Origin: an uncultured Elusimicrobia bacterium
Lineage (GTDB): Bacteria; Elusimicrobiota; Elusimicrobia; Elusimicrobiales; UBA9959
NCBI GenBank assembly: GCA_903873295.1
Contig: CAIQNV010000157.1
Location: 1,989-65,988, forward strand
Reading direction: 5' to 3'
DNA: 64,000 nt
Below are positions 49,064 through 59,015 of the stretch, piece after piece; position 1 is the stretch's first letter; the number at the start of each line of letters is the position of its first letter. The notes below the pieces were generated by a model that did not search any database, was not told the origin of the DNA, and saw only the letters and a list, made by a program, of their open reading frames with translations. The position numbers and the translations under genes were made by a program.

Positions 49064-49705
49064 ATGAACAAGAAGCCGCGCCTCCCCGAAATAATCGGGC
49101 TCCTGAAAAAGTCCTATCCCGGCGCAGAGTGCTCGCTGGACCATAAGGACCCGTTCCAGCTGCTGATCGCCACCATACTTTCGGCCCAGTGCACCGACGA
49201 GCGGGTCAACAAGGTTACGCCGGCGCTGTTCAAAAAATACCCCGGGGCGGCCGCCATGGCCGCGGCGCCGCCGGCGGACCTTGAGAAACTGGTGCACTCC
49301 ACCGGCTTCTACAAGAACAAGGCCCTCTCGCTTAAAGAGGCCTCAAAAGCTATAACCGGCAAGTTCGGCGGGGAAGTACCCAGGACCATGGAAGAACTGC
49401 TGACCCTGCGCGGCGTGGCGCGAAAAACGGCCAATGTCGTGCTCGGCTCCGCCTACGGCATAGCCGCCGGCGTAGTGGTGGACACCCACGTGAAGCGCCT
49501 CGCCTTCCGCCTGGGCCTCACAAAGGAAACCGACCCCGAAAAAATAGAGCGGGACCTTATGAAGGCCCTGCCGAAAAGCGGCTGGATCTGGTTCTCCCAC
49601 GCGCTGGTCCTGCACGGCCGCGCCGTCTGCGGCGCCCGCACCCCCCTCTGCGGAGACTGCCCTCTGAAAAAATTATGCCCCCGCGCCGGCGTCACGCCTC
49701 CGTAA
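49064..49705 (+). CDS. nth: Endonuclease III
   Basis: LSAQCTD, GVARKTANVV HhH, VDTHV, C-x6-C-x2-C-x5-C; ATG 49064. Confidence 0.94.
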   Translation: MNKKPRLPEIIGLLKKSYPGAECSLDHKDPFQLLIATILSAQCTDERVNKVTPALFKKYPGAAAMAAAPPADLEKLVHSTGFYKNKALSLKEASKAITGKFGGEVPRTMEELLTLRGVARKTANVVLGSAYGIAAGVVVDTHVKRLAFRLGLTKETDPEKIERDLMKALPKSGWIWFSHALVLHGRAVCGARTPLCGDCPLKKLCPRAGVTPP

Positions 49706-49729
49706 GCCGGGGCATAAGCTACAACCAGA

Positions 49730-49841
49730 GGCCGGGCATGGGGTTGCTCTGAAGCCGCTTTGGGGAGGGGGGCCCCGCTTCGGGGGGAACCGCGCAACGG
49801 TTCCTGCGCGGCTGAATGGGCAACCCCATGACCGGCCGTAC
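49730..49841. repeat. Dispersed palindromic element family A, copy 3 (inverted, minimal form)
   Basis: Reverse complement matches 6097-6250 without the 46-nt insert. Confidence 0.87.
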
Positions 49842-49865
49842 CCATATTAAACCCGGAAGCACTTT

Positions 49866-50711
49866 TTACAAATTCGTTATATCCTGGAAGATCACGCCGG
49901 CGCCTATTACTTTGCCGTCCACGCCTTTGATGTTGATGGAGCTGTAGCCGATAACCTTTTCTTTGCCGTTGACCCTGCACTTGAAGTCCTGGCGGCGCAC
50001 GGTCTTGCCCTGCTTCAGCACGTCGCCGATAGCGGCAACGATCTCGGGGCAGAGCCTGAAGAGGTCCGCCACCGGCTTGTTCATGAATTCCTGGCCCGCC
50101 TCGAAGATCTCGGAGGCTTTGGGGTTGAAGAATATTATTTTCCCCTCCATGTCGGCGCCAATAAAGCCGCCGGAGAGGTTGTTTATGGTGCTCTCGCCCT
50201 TGAGGTTAAGCTGCTTTATGGTGGCCTCCAGCTTTTTTATGTAGACATCGCGCGCCACCAGCGCGGTTATCAGCCCGGCCGCCCTGAGCTCCTCGTCGGA
50301 GAAGACGCCGGCGATGGAGTTGACGAATTCCATCACGCCCAGCAGCTCGCCGTTGGCGATGGCCGGCACGGCTATCACGGTCTTCGTTTTGAAGCCGGAG
50401 ACTTTGTCCACCTTCTTGGTGAACAGCGGGCTGTTTTCGGCGTCGTTTATAAGTATGGCTTTCCGGGATTCAGCGCAAAAGCCTACCACTCCCTGGTAGC
50501 CGAAGCTGACGCCCACAAGGTCGCCGCTCACCGGGCCTATGCTCTTTTTAAAAGTAAGGAGGTGCTTAACGTCGTCGGCCTCGAAAAAACTGGCGGCGTG
50601 GCAGTTAACGATGCCGGCCCCCCGCCGCGTCAGGTAGTCCCACAGGGCGTCTTCGCCCTTGGCGCTCTCGGCGGGCAGGTCTTCGGCGAATTTAGCGAGG
50701 AACTCGATCAT
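49866..50711 (-). CDS. GAF + PAS sensor protein without output domain
   Basis: GVVG, VDKVSGFKTKTVIAVP, FSDEE (GAF); FFNPKA..IF, GVIFQDIT (PAS), then stop. Confidence 0.82.
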   Translation of the reverse strand: MIEFLAKFAEDLPAESAKGEDALWDYLTRRGAGIVNCHAASFFEADDVKHLLTFKKSIGPVSGDLVGVSFGYQGVVGFCAESRKAILINDAENSPLFTKKVDKVSGFKTKTVIAVPAIANGELLGVMEFVNSIAGVFSDEELRAAGLITALVARDVYIKKLEATIKQLNLKGESTINNLSGGFIGADMEGKIIFFNPKASEIFEAGQEFMNKPVADLFRLCPEIVAAIGDVLKQGKTVRRQDFKCRVNGKEKVIGYSSINIKGVDGKVIGAGVIFQDITNL

Positions 50712-50719
50712 AGCGCTCC

Positions 50720-52558
50720 TTATTGCACCTTTTTCCCGGAGACAGTACGGGCCGGAACATTAAAAAACCCGAGCACGCCTTCGGCTATGGCGCCGGCCAG
50801 CTCTTCCTGGAAGGCAGGGGTGTTAAGCATTTCTTCCTGGCGCGGGATTATCATATAAGCGTTCTCTATCAGCGCGGACGGCATCCAGGTCATGCGGGCC
50901 ACCAGGTAGTCGCCGAAGCGCAGGCCCTCGTCGGGCAGCTGTATATTTTTGACGTAGGAGCGGTGTATGGCGGCGGCGAGCGCCCGGCTGTGGCGCTGGT
51001 AGTGGTAGACCGAAAAACCGCGCGGCTGCGCGAAGGGATCCTCGCCGTCGCCGATGGCGTTATTGTGTATGCTGATGAACAGGTCCCCGCCCAGGTCCTT
51101 GGCGAGCTTAGGGCGGTCGGCAAGGTCCACGCTCTCGTCGCCGTTGCGGGTCAGCTGGACCAGCGCCCCCAGCTCAAGAAGCTTTTCCTTAAGTTTTAAA
51201 GCTATAGCCAGGTTCACGTTGACCTCGAAAGTCTCTTTGGGCCCCACGGCGCCGTCCAGGCTGCAGCGGGCGGAGGCCGGCAGCGAACTGTAGCGGGCGT
51301 CACGCAGTGGAGGCTTGCTGTTGTTTTCACATTTAAGGTAAGGGGAATGTCCCGGGTCAAGCACCACGGTCACTCCGGCCAGTGGCTTCGGCCAGTCCAG
51401 CGCGGCTCTGGGCCGGGAGCGCAGGTCGACCTGCATGGACTTGGAGGAATTAGGATAAGAGATGTTGTAGCCCCAAAGCTCGCCGGGCTCCGTCTCAAAA
51501 TCTATCTCCGCCTTGCCGCTGGCCGCCTGGCGGAAAGAGACGTTTTTGACCAGCGTGTCGGAAGAATCGTAAATAACCCAGTTGGTGTGCAGATTGGCGT
51601 AGTAAAGAGTAAGGCGCAGCCCCCAGGGGAAGACCTCGGCGGTATAAGGAAGCCTCTCTGAAAGCGTTACCGCCGCGGAGGAGCCGAAGTCGGTTTTTTT
51701 AAGGCGTATCACGCCGGTTTCGCTGCCGTAGGCGAACGGGAACTGCGCCCCGGACACCGCCTGCACTTTTGACTCGTCCACCCAGCCGAGCTCGTCGTTG
51801 GAAAGGGTTATGCGGCGCTGGCCGCCGGAGCACCCGGCGGACACCAGCTTCACGCCCTTGGGCAGGAACATAATATAGCCGCCGTCCGCGGCGTCCCTGA
51901 GCACGACCGAGTCGGTGGAGGTCTCCACCAGCACGGGCTGCTTAAGGAGCTTGAGCCTGCCCTTCGACCTGGCGGAGGCGCCGCGCGCGAAAAGCCCGGC
52001 CTTGAACCGCGCCGCGAGCGCGCCTTCTTTGCCGAGGTCGGCATCTTTTACTTTATATGAGGCGTAATACCTGCCGGACCCCTGCGGGACCTCGGCCATG
52101 GGGAAGTCCTTAAAAACCCCTTCGAGCGAACAGACCGCCTCGCGGGAGGGAGTGCCCGCAGCCGTGATCTTAAGATATTCCTCCCCGGAAATCTCGGAGT
52201 CGGAGGCGTAGGAAGTAAATTCCAGCCTGAGCGTGCCGGTGGACGGGCCGGTATCGGCGGGCTGGCGGACCTTCAGGACGCGCTGCGCGGTGGTGCCGTC
52301 CTCCAGCGCCCCGCTGAAAGAAAAATCCCCCGGGGCTATCGGCAGATAGGCGATAAAGCCGCCGTTGGAGTACACGGCTATCTTTTCCCCGTTTATGGTA
52401 AAAGCGGCGGTCGAAGGGGAGATGTTGCCGAAGATATAGGTTTTAGGAACGGAAGGGATGGAAGTACCCTCGGGGGGATAGACGAAATTTATCTGTCCGG
52501 CAGAAAGAGGCAGGCCGGAAAGAAGCAGAACAGCCGCCGAGTTTACAATAAAGTTCAT
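50720..52558 (-). CDS. N-acetylmuramoyl-L-alanine amidase
   Basis: VVLDPGH, E..VNL, FISIHNNA, ALIE. Confidence 0.9.
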   Translation of the reverse strand: MNFIVNSAAVLLLSGLPLSAGQINFVYPPEGTSIPSVPKTYIFGNISPSTAAFTINGEKIAVYSNGGFIAYLPIAPGDFSFSGALEDGTTAQRVLKVRQPADTGPSTGTLRLEFTSYASDSEISGEEYLKITAAGTPSREAVCSLEGVFKDFPMAEVPQGSGRYYASYKVKDADLGKEGALAARFKAGLFARGASARSKGRLKLLKQPVLVETSTDSVVLRDAADGGYIMFLPKGVKLVSAGCSGGQRRITLSNDELGWVDESKVQAVSGAQFPFAYGSETGVIRLKKTDFGSSAAVTLSERLPYTAEVFPWGLRLTLYYANLHTNWVIYDSSDTLVKNVSFRQAASGKAEIDFETEPGELWGYNISYPNSSKSMQVDLRSRPRAALDWPKPLAGVTVVLDPGHSPYLKCENNSKPPLRDARYSSLPASARCSLDGAVGPKETFEVNVNLAIALKLKEKLLELGALVQLTRNGDESVDLADRPKLAKDLGGDLFISIHNNAIGDGEDPFAQPRGFSVYHYQRHSRALAAAIHRSYVKNIQLPDEGLRFGDYLVARMTWMPSALIENAYMIIPRQEEMLNTPAFQEELAGAIAEGVLGFFNVPARTVSGKKVQ

Positions 52559-52642
52559 ATGGACGAGTCACCTTGCCGCGGTTTTTAAAGAAAACGAAAT
52601 ATAAATTCAACACCGGTCAGATACAATTATAATATATAAGCC

Positions 52643-53965
52643 ATGAACAAATCGTCCCTGCTCGCCCTGCTCGCCGCGCCGCTTTTCCCCCTTTTCGGGG
52701 CGGCCGCTGATTTCACCGCCCTGCGGCCCTGCGCCAGGGCCAACGCACTGGGCACTGCCTTTACAACGGTCACGGACGACGCCTGCGCGGTTTTCTATAA
52801 TCCGGCCAACCTTACAACCCTCGCCGATCTCGAGGTGCGGCTGGAGACCGGACGCAGATTGACCCCCGCCGCTCCGGAGGGAGAAGTTTCCCTCGCTTAT
52901 GTGCGTCCGATACCCGACGCCAAAGACCTGGTGGCCGGCCTGGGCTGCTATTCGATACGGCAGAAGGGAGGTTCGGCGGCGGATTCAATGGTTTTCAGCA
53001 TGGGCAGCCGCACGGTAATAAAGTACTTCCAAAAGCCGATCTTTTACGGCGGGAGCCTGAAAATAATGAGCCTGCGCAGCCTTGAAAAGAGCCACCTGGG
53101 CCTGGGCGCGGAGGGCGGAGTGCAGCTTGAAACTAATGCCGGCCTCAAAACCGCCCTGGTACTTTCGAACGCGCTGTTCGGGCTCGGCAAATCACTGGCG
53201 ACGATAACTTTAGGGAATTCTTACCGCATCAAAGACACTCTGCTGCTCGCGGACCTGCGGGCGCAGGGCTCCTATTCTGAAATTTTCATGGGGGCCGAGC
53301 AGTCGCTTTTGAACGGGCTGCTGCAGGCGCGGGCCGGCAAAGGGCTGGCGCTGGGAGGCGGCGACTACCTGGCCCTGGGCCTGGGCATAAACCTGCTGCC
53401 CTGGACCATCGATCTGACCTGGTCGCTGCCCTGGAGCGGCTACAACCGGAATTACGGCTACTACGGGGTCAACGCGGGCTACCGCTTCGGCTCCGCCGGC
53501 TTCAGCGAAAAGCTGGTGGGGAACGCGGCGCGGGAGGCCGAAACCCTTAAAGCGGAGATAAGCGACCTGAGGACGCAGCGGGCGGGCCTGGAAAGTTCCA
53601 TCGCCGCCTATCGCGTAAACAAGAGCATCCTTGAGACCGATCTGACGATGATGCAGGGCCGCAGGCGGGAGGCGGAAAATAATATAAAGGAGCTGCAGGT
53701 GCAGGCGCTGGATGCGCGGTATACGAAGGAACACCCTAAGCCGATAAAAAGGTACGCCCCCCCCCCGCCGCCGGAGCGCTGGCCCAAGCTGCATAAAGCC
53801 GCCCCCGGCGAAACGCTGCGCTCTATAGCCTCTAAATATTACGGCAATCCCAACCTGTGGGAGAGGATCTACCAGGCTAACGAAAAGAACGTTTCGAGAG
53901 GGCTGCCGGTGGAGGGAGCGCTATTAACCATCCCGCCCCCGCCGCCGCCGGAGGAAACGAAGTGA
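52643..53965 (+). CDS. PorV/FadL-like barrel fused to coiled coil and LysM
   Basis: ARANALG.AF...DDA.AVFYNPA; GETLRSIASKYYGNPNLWERIYQAN LysM. Confidence 0.72.
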   Translation: MNKSSLLALLAAPLFPLFGAAADFTALRPCARANALGTAFTTVTDDACAVFYNPANLTTLADLEVRLETGRRLTPAAPEGEVSLAYVRPIPDAKDLVAGLGCYSIRQKGGSAADSMVFSMGSRTVIKYFQKPIFYGGSLKIMSLRSLEKSHLGLGAEGGVQLETNAGLKTALVLSNALFGLGKSLATITLGNSYRIKDTLLLADLRAQGSYSEIFMGAEQSLLNGLLQARAGKGLALGGGDYLALGLGINLLPWTIDLTWSLPWSGYNRNYGYYGVNAGYRFGSAGFSEKLVGNAAREAETLKAEISDLRTQRAGLESSIAAYRVNKSILETDLTMMQGRRREAENNIKELQVQALDARYTKEHPKPIKRYAPPPPPERWPKLHKAAPGETLRSIASKYYGNPNLWERIYQANEKNVSRGLPVEGALLTIPPPPPPEETK

Positions 53966-54005
53966 GCTCCGGCCGCCCGGGGCTGGTTACTTTTTAACGA
54001 ATTCT

Positions 54006-55151
54006 ATGTTCAACACCATCCAGATCATCTGCGCTTCGGAGAAATACCGGGCCATCCTAAGGGGGATCTTCAGGAGCCTGGGGGCGGACGCCGTTTTTTC
54101 CAACGACCTTAACGACGCGCTGTCCATTTTCGAGAAGGCCAGACCCGCCGCGGTATTCATAGTCGACGGCGAAGAGCCTCCGGCGGAGATACAGCTGCGG
54201 GAGCTGCGGCGCGCGGCCCCGTTCATCCCCATTATCCCCCTTTTAAAACGGCGCGACGCCACGCGGGCCGTGGAACTGATGAAAGCCGGGGCGCTGGACT
54301 GCGCGCAAAGCCCCTGGACGGAAGAGGAGCTGCGTCCGCTGTACCGCAAGGCGCTGAACCAGAGCGGCACGGTCATAGAGCTGGATTCCCCGGCGCTGCG
54401 CCGCAGGCGGCTGTCCCTGTCCCTGGCGCTGGCGGCTTTCTTCGCTTTTACAGGTTTTGCCGGCGGGCTTTATTACGGCTTTAAAAAGTATACCGTCCGG
54501 GCGCCCCAGCCGCACAGCTTTTACCTGCCGTATTCCCACCCGACCGGGATAATAATTAAAAAGGATTCGGTCCTTATCAGCGACTGGTACAGCCAGGGGC
54601 TCTACGAGCACGGCGTTAAGACTTTCGGCATAAGGCGGGTCACCAGCCTGCCGGAGATAACGCCCGTGGCCATGGCGGCCTCTCAGGACGCGCTGTGGCT
54701 GGCCGGCGCGGACGGCATAATTGAGAAGCGCCTGCTGGACGCGCGCTTCACCGTGGCCGCCAGGACCGCCGCCATATCTCCGCCCCCCGACAGCGTCTGC
54801 TTCGACGGACTCTACTTCTGGACCGCGAATTCCCGCACGGGCGAGATCGTAAAGCGCATGCCGGGCGACGCCCTCCCGGAGCTGAAGAGCTACAAATACC
54901 CAGGAAAGAAACTTTCCGCGCTTACCTGCGATACGCGGTTCTTGTGGGCGGCGGACGCGGGCCTGAGAGGCCTGGTAAAGCTGTCTCTGGATGATCCGGA
55001 GCGGATAATTTCAAGAACGGCGCTCGAAGTTTACACTTCAAAAACGCTTAAGATAACCGCGATGGCGGCCGGGGACGGAATTATCTGGTTCGCGGGCGAG
55101 GACGGAGGAAAGGGCCTGGCCTTCTCTAAAGATGAACCGAAGCAGAACTGA
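54006..55151 (+). CDS. Receiver-like domain + TM + beta-propeller-like protein
   Basis: AVELMKAGALD receiver motif, single TM, repeated FDG.YFW/DTRFLW blades. Confidence 0.68.
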   Translation: MFNTIQIICASEKYRAILRGIFRSLGADAVFSNDLNDALSIFEKARPAAVFIVDGEEPPAEIQLRELRRAAPFIPIIPLLKRRDATRAVELMKAGALDCAQSPWTEEELRPLYRKALNQSGTVIELDSPALRRRRLSLSLALAAFFAFTGFAGGLYYGFKKYTVRAPQPHSFYLPYSHPTGIIIKKDSVLISDWYSQGLYEHGVKTFGIRRVTSLPEITPVAMAASQDALWLAGADGIIEKRLLDARFTVAARTAAISPPPDSVCFDGLYFWTANSRTGEIVKRMPGDALPELKSYKYPGKKLSALTCDTRFLWAADAGLRGLVKLSLDDPERIISRTALEVYTSKTLKITAMAAGDGIIWFAGEDGGKGLAFSKDEPKQN

Positions 55152-55446
55152 CAGTTTCATCCCGGCGGCCGTAAAGCTTCCGGCGGACCTGCCGCCGCTG
55201 TGGGGCAGGCTCTCCTTCCTGTCGCCCGTAGAGGCGGAGCTGGTCAGCCACTTTAAGCTGCCCCGGGGAAAAATAGTAGAGCTTTCTTTTGAGCTGGGCC
55301 GCGCCCCCTTCGAGGCGCTGCGCGCCCGCGTAAAGACGGCTCTGCGCGACGGGGACGGCTACTACAATTACTGCCTCGTTTTCCTGGACCCGGCCCAGTC
55401 CGCCCTCCTTAAGTCCGCCATAGCCGAAGCCGCGCCGGGGCTGTAA
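55132..55446 (+). CDS. Small PilZ-like protein
   Basis: RSR..., beta-rich, YCLVF followed by a C-terminal helix. Confidence 0.5.
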   Translation: MNRSRTDSFIPAAVKLPADLPPLWGRLSFLSPVEAELVSHFKLPRGKIVELSFELGRAPFEALRARVKTALRDGDGYYNYCLVFLDPAQSALLKSAIAEAAPGL

Positions 55447-55591
55447 AAAAACCCGCAGCGAAGTCAGGCGTCTCCCGCCAAACAGGTCCTGTAGGGATTT
55501 CCGGCTGTCATCATACCCGCTATAAAACAATAAAATTCATGAATCCGCCCGGGCAGTTGAAGTGCCCTCCAATAGAATCTATAATTGAGCT

Positions 55592-56806
55592 ATGAACTTC
55601 ACGCGTTTCCGCATCGCGCTCGCCGCGCTCCTGCTGTTCGCCGCCGGCGGCGGAGCTTTCGCGTATTTCAAGTACAAGAAACTTTCCACTTACCTTATAA
55701 CCCAGCTTAGCGGGCAGGCGGCTAAAAAGCTGGGCAGGCAGGTGAAGTTCAGGAGCATTTCTTTCTCACCCCTTAGCGGCGTGGTCATAAAGGAAGCCTG
55801 CGTCTCCCGCCGGCCGGATTTTTCTAAAGGAAATTTTTTCTGCGCCGCGAAAACCGTGATACGCCCGGAATTCTCCGCGCTGCTGAAGAACCAGATTTAT
55901 TTTTCAAGGATCGCTTTCGAGAAGCCGGTGCTGAAGGTGCGCGAGCGGAACGGCGTTTGGGATTTCGCCGACCTGCTGGAGCTGCTGCCCAAAACCGACA
56001 AAGGCCTCTATCTTACCTGGAACGCCAGCGAGCTGACAATGACGGGCGCGGCGCTCGAGGCGGACCTGGAATCCTCCGGCCTGTCGCTGGCGCTTGAAAA
56101 CGCCAACGTTACTCTCAAGCATTATTCTTCCTTTGGCGGCAACTTCGGCCTTTCGGCGGACGGCCTGGTTAAAACCGTGCTGAAGGGCAAGCTGCTTTCC
56201 GGCGAAGTGAAGCTGAAGACCGACGCCAACTTCGACTACGGCGGGCTGTCCTCCACAAAGGGGGATTTCGGCGCGGCGGAGCTTTCCTACGGAGCTGTGA
56301 CGCTGGAAAGCCTTAAGACGGACTGGAGCCTTTTCAACATCCGCAAGCCGCTGGCCGAGAAGAATTACACGGTTAACCTTACCGCGGAGAAACTGATCAT
56401 CCCCGGCCAGGAAACCTCGATCAGGGACGGGGTTTCAAAAGGCCTGGCGCTTTTCTCGGCGGCAATGGGAAAAGCGGCGCCCAGAATAGAGGATATCGAG
56501 ATGTCCTCGCTTAACGCGGCCTTCCGGCTGAACGACTCCGCGCTGGCATTCAAAGATCTGGCGCTGCGCTCCAATTTCATCGACCTGAGCGCCGGGCTGG
56601 CCATCGACGGGCCCGCAAAAACCGCCGAGGCGTCCATAGACGCCGCCATAGGCTCCAGCAGGCTGAAGATATCGGCTTCCGGCCCCATGAGCTCGCCCGG
56701 GATCAAGCCCGTGCTCTCCGCCACCCTCTCGGCTAAATTCAAAGAAGCCCTCGCCGGGATAGAGAACGACCTTCTGAAAGTTTTCCCCGTCACAGGAGAT
56801 AAATAA
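55592..56806 (+). CDS. AsmA-like protein
   Basis: N-terminal TM, LGRQV.F..I, P.L.V....G.WDFADL. Confidence 0.7.
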   Translation: MNFTRFRIALAALLLFAAGGGAFAYFKYKKLSTYLITQLSGQAAKKLGRQVKFRSISFSPLSGVVIKEACVSRRPDFSKGNFFCAAKTVIRPEFSALLKNQIYFSRIAFEKPVLKVRERNGVWDFADLLELLPKTDKGLYLTWNASELTMTGAALEADLESSGLSLALENANVTLKHYSSFGGNFGLSADGLVKTVLKGKLLSGEVKLKTDANFDYGGLSSTKGDFGAAELSYGAVTLESLKTDWSLFNIRKPLAEKNYTVNLTAEKLIIPGQETSIRDGVSKGLALFSAAMGKAAPRIEDIEMSSLNAAFRLNDSALAFKDLALRSNFIDLSAGLAIDGPAKTAEASIDAAIGSSRLKISASGPMSSPGIKPVLSATLSAKFKEALAGIENDLLKVFPVTGDK

Positions 56807-56807
56807 T

Positions 56808-58172
56808 ATGCCTAAAAAAGTCATCGTAATAGGCTCCGGCCCCGGCGGTTACCCCGCCGCGCTGCGGCTTAGGGAGCTCGGCGCCGAGGTCACGATAGTG
56901 GAAGCCTGGGATTTCGGGGGAACCTGCCTCAACCGCGGCTGTATTCCCTCCAAGGCCTTTCTGGACACCGGCCACCGCGCGCACGCCTTCGAGGGTTTGC
57001 GCAAGCTGCTCAAGGACGGCTCCGGCGTTAATTTCTCCCCCGCCATGCTGGATTGGGAGAAGATAAAGGGCCGCCGCGCCGAGGTGGTAACAAAGCTGCG
57101 CGGCTCGCTCGAGAAACTTTTCCAGGCTAAAAAAATAGAGGTGATACGCGGCAAGGCCGCTTTTTCCGGGCCCGGCGCTATCACCATAACGGGACCGCAG
57201 GGAGAGATTAAAATGACTTTTGACGCGGCCATCCTCGCCGCCGGCACCAGGCCGAGCTTCCCCCCCCCGTTCAGGGATTTCTACGTAGAGCTGACCGACT
57301 CCGACAGGGTGTTCGACCTGCCCCTGCTGCCCAAGTCGATATTGATCGTGGGCGGCGGCGTTATCGGCCTGGAGTTCGCCTGCTTCTTTAACGCCGTCGG
57401 GGTGGAAACAGGCGTAATTGAACTCCTGCCGGATATCCTTGCCGGCGAGGACCCGCAGGTGACCCGCGCCGTGCGCTCCTCTTTTGAAAAGCGCGGCGTA
57501 AAGTTTCACCTCGGGAAAAAGACCGCCGGCGTAGAAATTTCAGAGGACTTTAAGACGGTGGAGCTGGAAGACGGCACAAAGCTGCTGGCGGAGGAGATCT
57601 TCGTGGGCGCGGGACGCGCGGCCGACCTTACCGGGATGGGGCTTGAAACCATAGGCCTGGCCTGGGACAGGCGCGGAGTGAAAGCGGACGCGGGAATGCG
57701 CACTTCCGTCCCCGGCGTTTTCGCCGTGGGCGACGTGAACGGCATCTCGCTGCTGGCCCATTCGGCCAGCCGCCAGGGCGAAATAGCCGCCGAAAATATT
57801 ATGGGGGCGGACCGGGCCTTCGACGCCGGCATAGTGCCCCGCTGCGTCTACGCCTGGCCCGAAGTGGGCTCGGTGGGACTGAACAAAGCGCAGGCCGAGG
57901 CCGGCGGCTTTACTGTAAAAACAGCGCGCGCCTTCCACCTGGGCATCGGCAGGGCGGTCGCCTCCGACGAAACAGAGGGCTTCGCGCAGCTCGTCTTCAA
58001 CGCCGCGGACGAGACGCTGCTGGGCGCCCAGCGGGTGGGCGGGCCCGCCACGGAGCTGATCCACGTCCTGGCCCTGGCGGTGAAGCTGAAGCTCAGGCGC
58101 GGCGACCTGCGCGAAATGATCTACGCGCACCCGACGATGGCTGAAGCCATCCACGAAGCGCTGTATAAATAG
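56808..58172 (+). CDS. lpdA: Dihydrolipoyl dehydrogenase
   Basis: GSGPGG, GGTCLNRGCIPSK, GGGVIGLE, HPTMAE. Confidence 0.9.
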   Translation: MPKKVIVIGSGPGGYPAALRLRELGAEVTIVEAWDFGGTCLNRGCIPSKAFLDTGHRAHAFEGLRKLLKDGSGVNFSPAMLDWEKIKGRRAEVVTKLRGSLEKLFQAKKIEVIRGKAAFSGPGAITITGPQGEIKMTFDAAILAAGTRPSFPPPFRDFYVELTDSDRVFDLPLLPKSILIVGGGVIGLEFACFFNAVGVETGVIELLPDILAGEDPQVTRAVRSSFEKRGVKFHLGKKTAGVEISEDFKTVELEDGTKLLAEEIFVGAGRAADLTGMGLETIGLAWDRRGVKADAGMRTSVPGVFAVGDVNGISLLAHSASRQGEIAAENIMGADRAFDAGIVPRCVYAWPEVGSVGLNKAQAEAGGFTVKTARAFHLGIGRAVASDETEGFAQLVFNAADETLLGAQRVGGPATELIHVLALAVKLKLRRGDLREMIYAHPTMAEAIHEALYK

Positions 58173-58174
58173 TT

Positions 58175-58939
58175 ATGAAAATTCTTTCCTGGAACGTCAA
58201 CGGGTACCGGGCCGTTCTAAAGAAAGGCTTCCCGGAATTCCTGCTTTCGGCCAGGCCGGACATCCTGGGGCTCCAGGAAGTTAAAGCCTGCCCCGAACAG
58301 CTGGCGCCCGGCGACACGGAGCCGGCCGGCTGGAAGTCGGCCTGGAACTGCGCGGAAAAGAAAGGCTACAGCGGCGTCGCCGCCTTTTACTCCGAAGAGC
58401 CGCTGTCGGTCTCGAGAGGCCTTGGAGAGCCGCGCTTCGACAGCGAGGGCCGGGTCATAACGCTGGAGTACAAAGAGTTTTATCTTTTGAACGTCTACTT
58501 TCCGAACGGCGGGCAGGGCCCGGAGCGCCTGGCTTATAAACTGGCTTTCTACGAGGCCTTCCTCGGACACATCGAGAAACTCCGCAAAAGCGGCAAAGCC
58601 GTCATCTTCTGCGGCGACGTGAATACCGCCCACAAGGAGATCGATCTGGCCCGCCCGAAAGAGAACGTCGGAAACTCCGGCTTTATGCCAGTGGAACGGG
58701 CCTGGCTGGATAAGCTGGCCGGCAAAGGCTGGACCGACACTTTCCGCGAGAAGCATCCGGAGCCGGGGCAGTACACCTGGTGGGATTACAAAACGCGCGC
58801 CCGCGAAAGGAACGTGGGCTGGCGGCTGGACTATTTCTTCATCAACAGGGAAAAAGCGTCTTTGGTAACGGACGCCTTTATTCTGCCCGAAGTGCAGGGC
58901 TCCGACCACTGCCCCGTAGGCATAACGCTGGACCTCTAG
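58175..58939 (+). CDS. xth: Exodeoxyribonuclease III
   Basis: SWNVNG, LQEVK, GDVN, GWRLDY, GSDHCP. Confidence 0.95.
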   Translation: MKILSWNVNGYRAVLKKGFPEFLLSARPDILGLQEVKACPEQLAPGDTEPAGWKSAWNCAEKKGYSGVAAFYSEEPLSVSRGLGEPRFDSEGRVITLEYKEFYLLNVYFPNGGQGPERLAYKLAFYEAFLGHIEKLRKSGKAVIFCGDVNTAHKEIDLARPKENVGNSGFMPVERAWLDKLAGKGWTDTFREKHPEPGQYTWWDYKTRARERNVGWRLDYFFINREKASLVTDAFILPEVQGSDHCPVGITLDL

Positions 58940-59015
58940 AATTTATTTACACGGACGGACAGGATAAAACAAACGGATCCTGCGAAGCCTGTTCATCCAT
59001 ACTGGCTTCTCCGGG

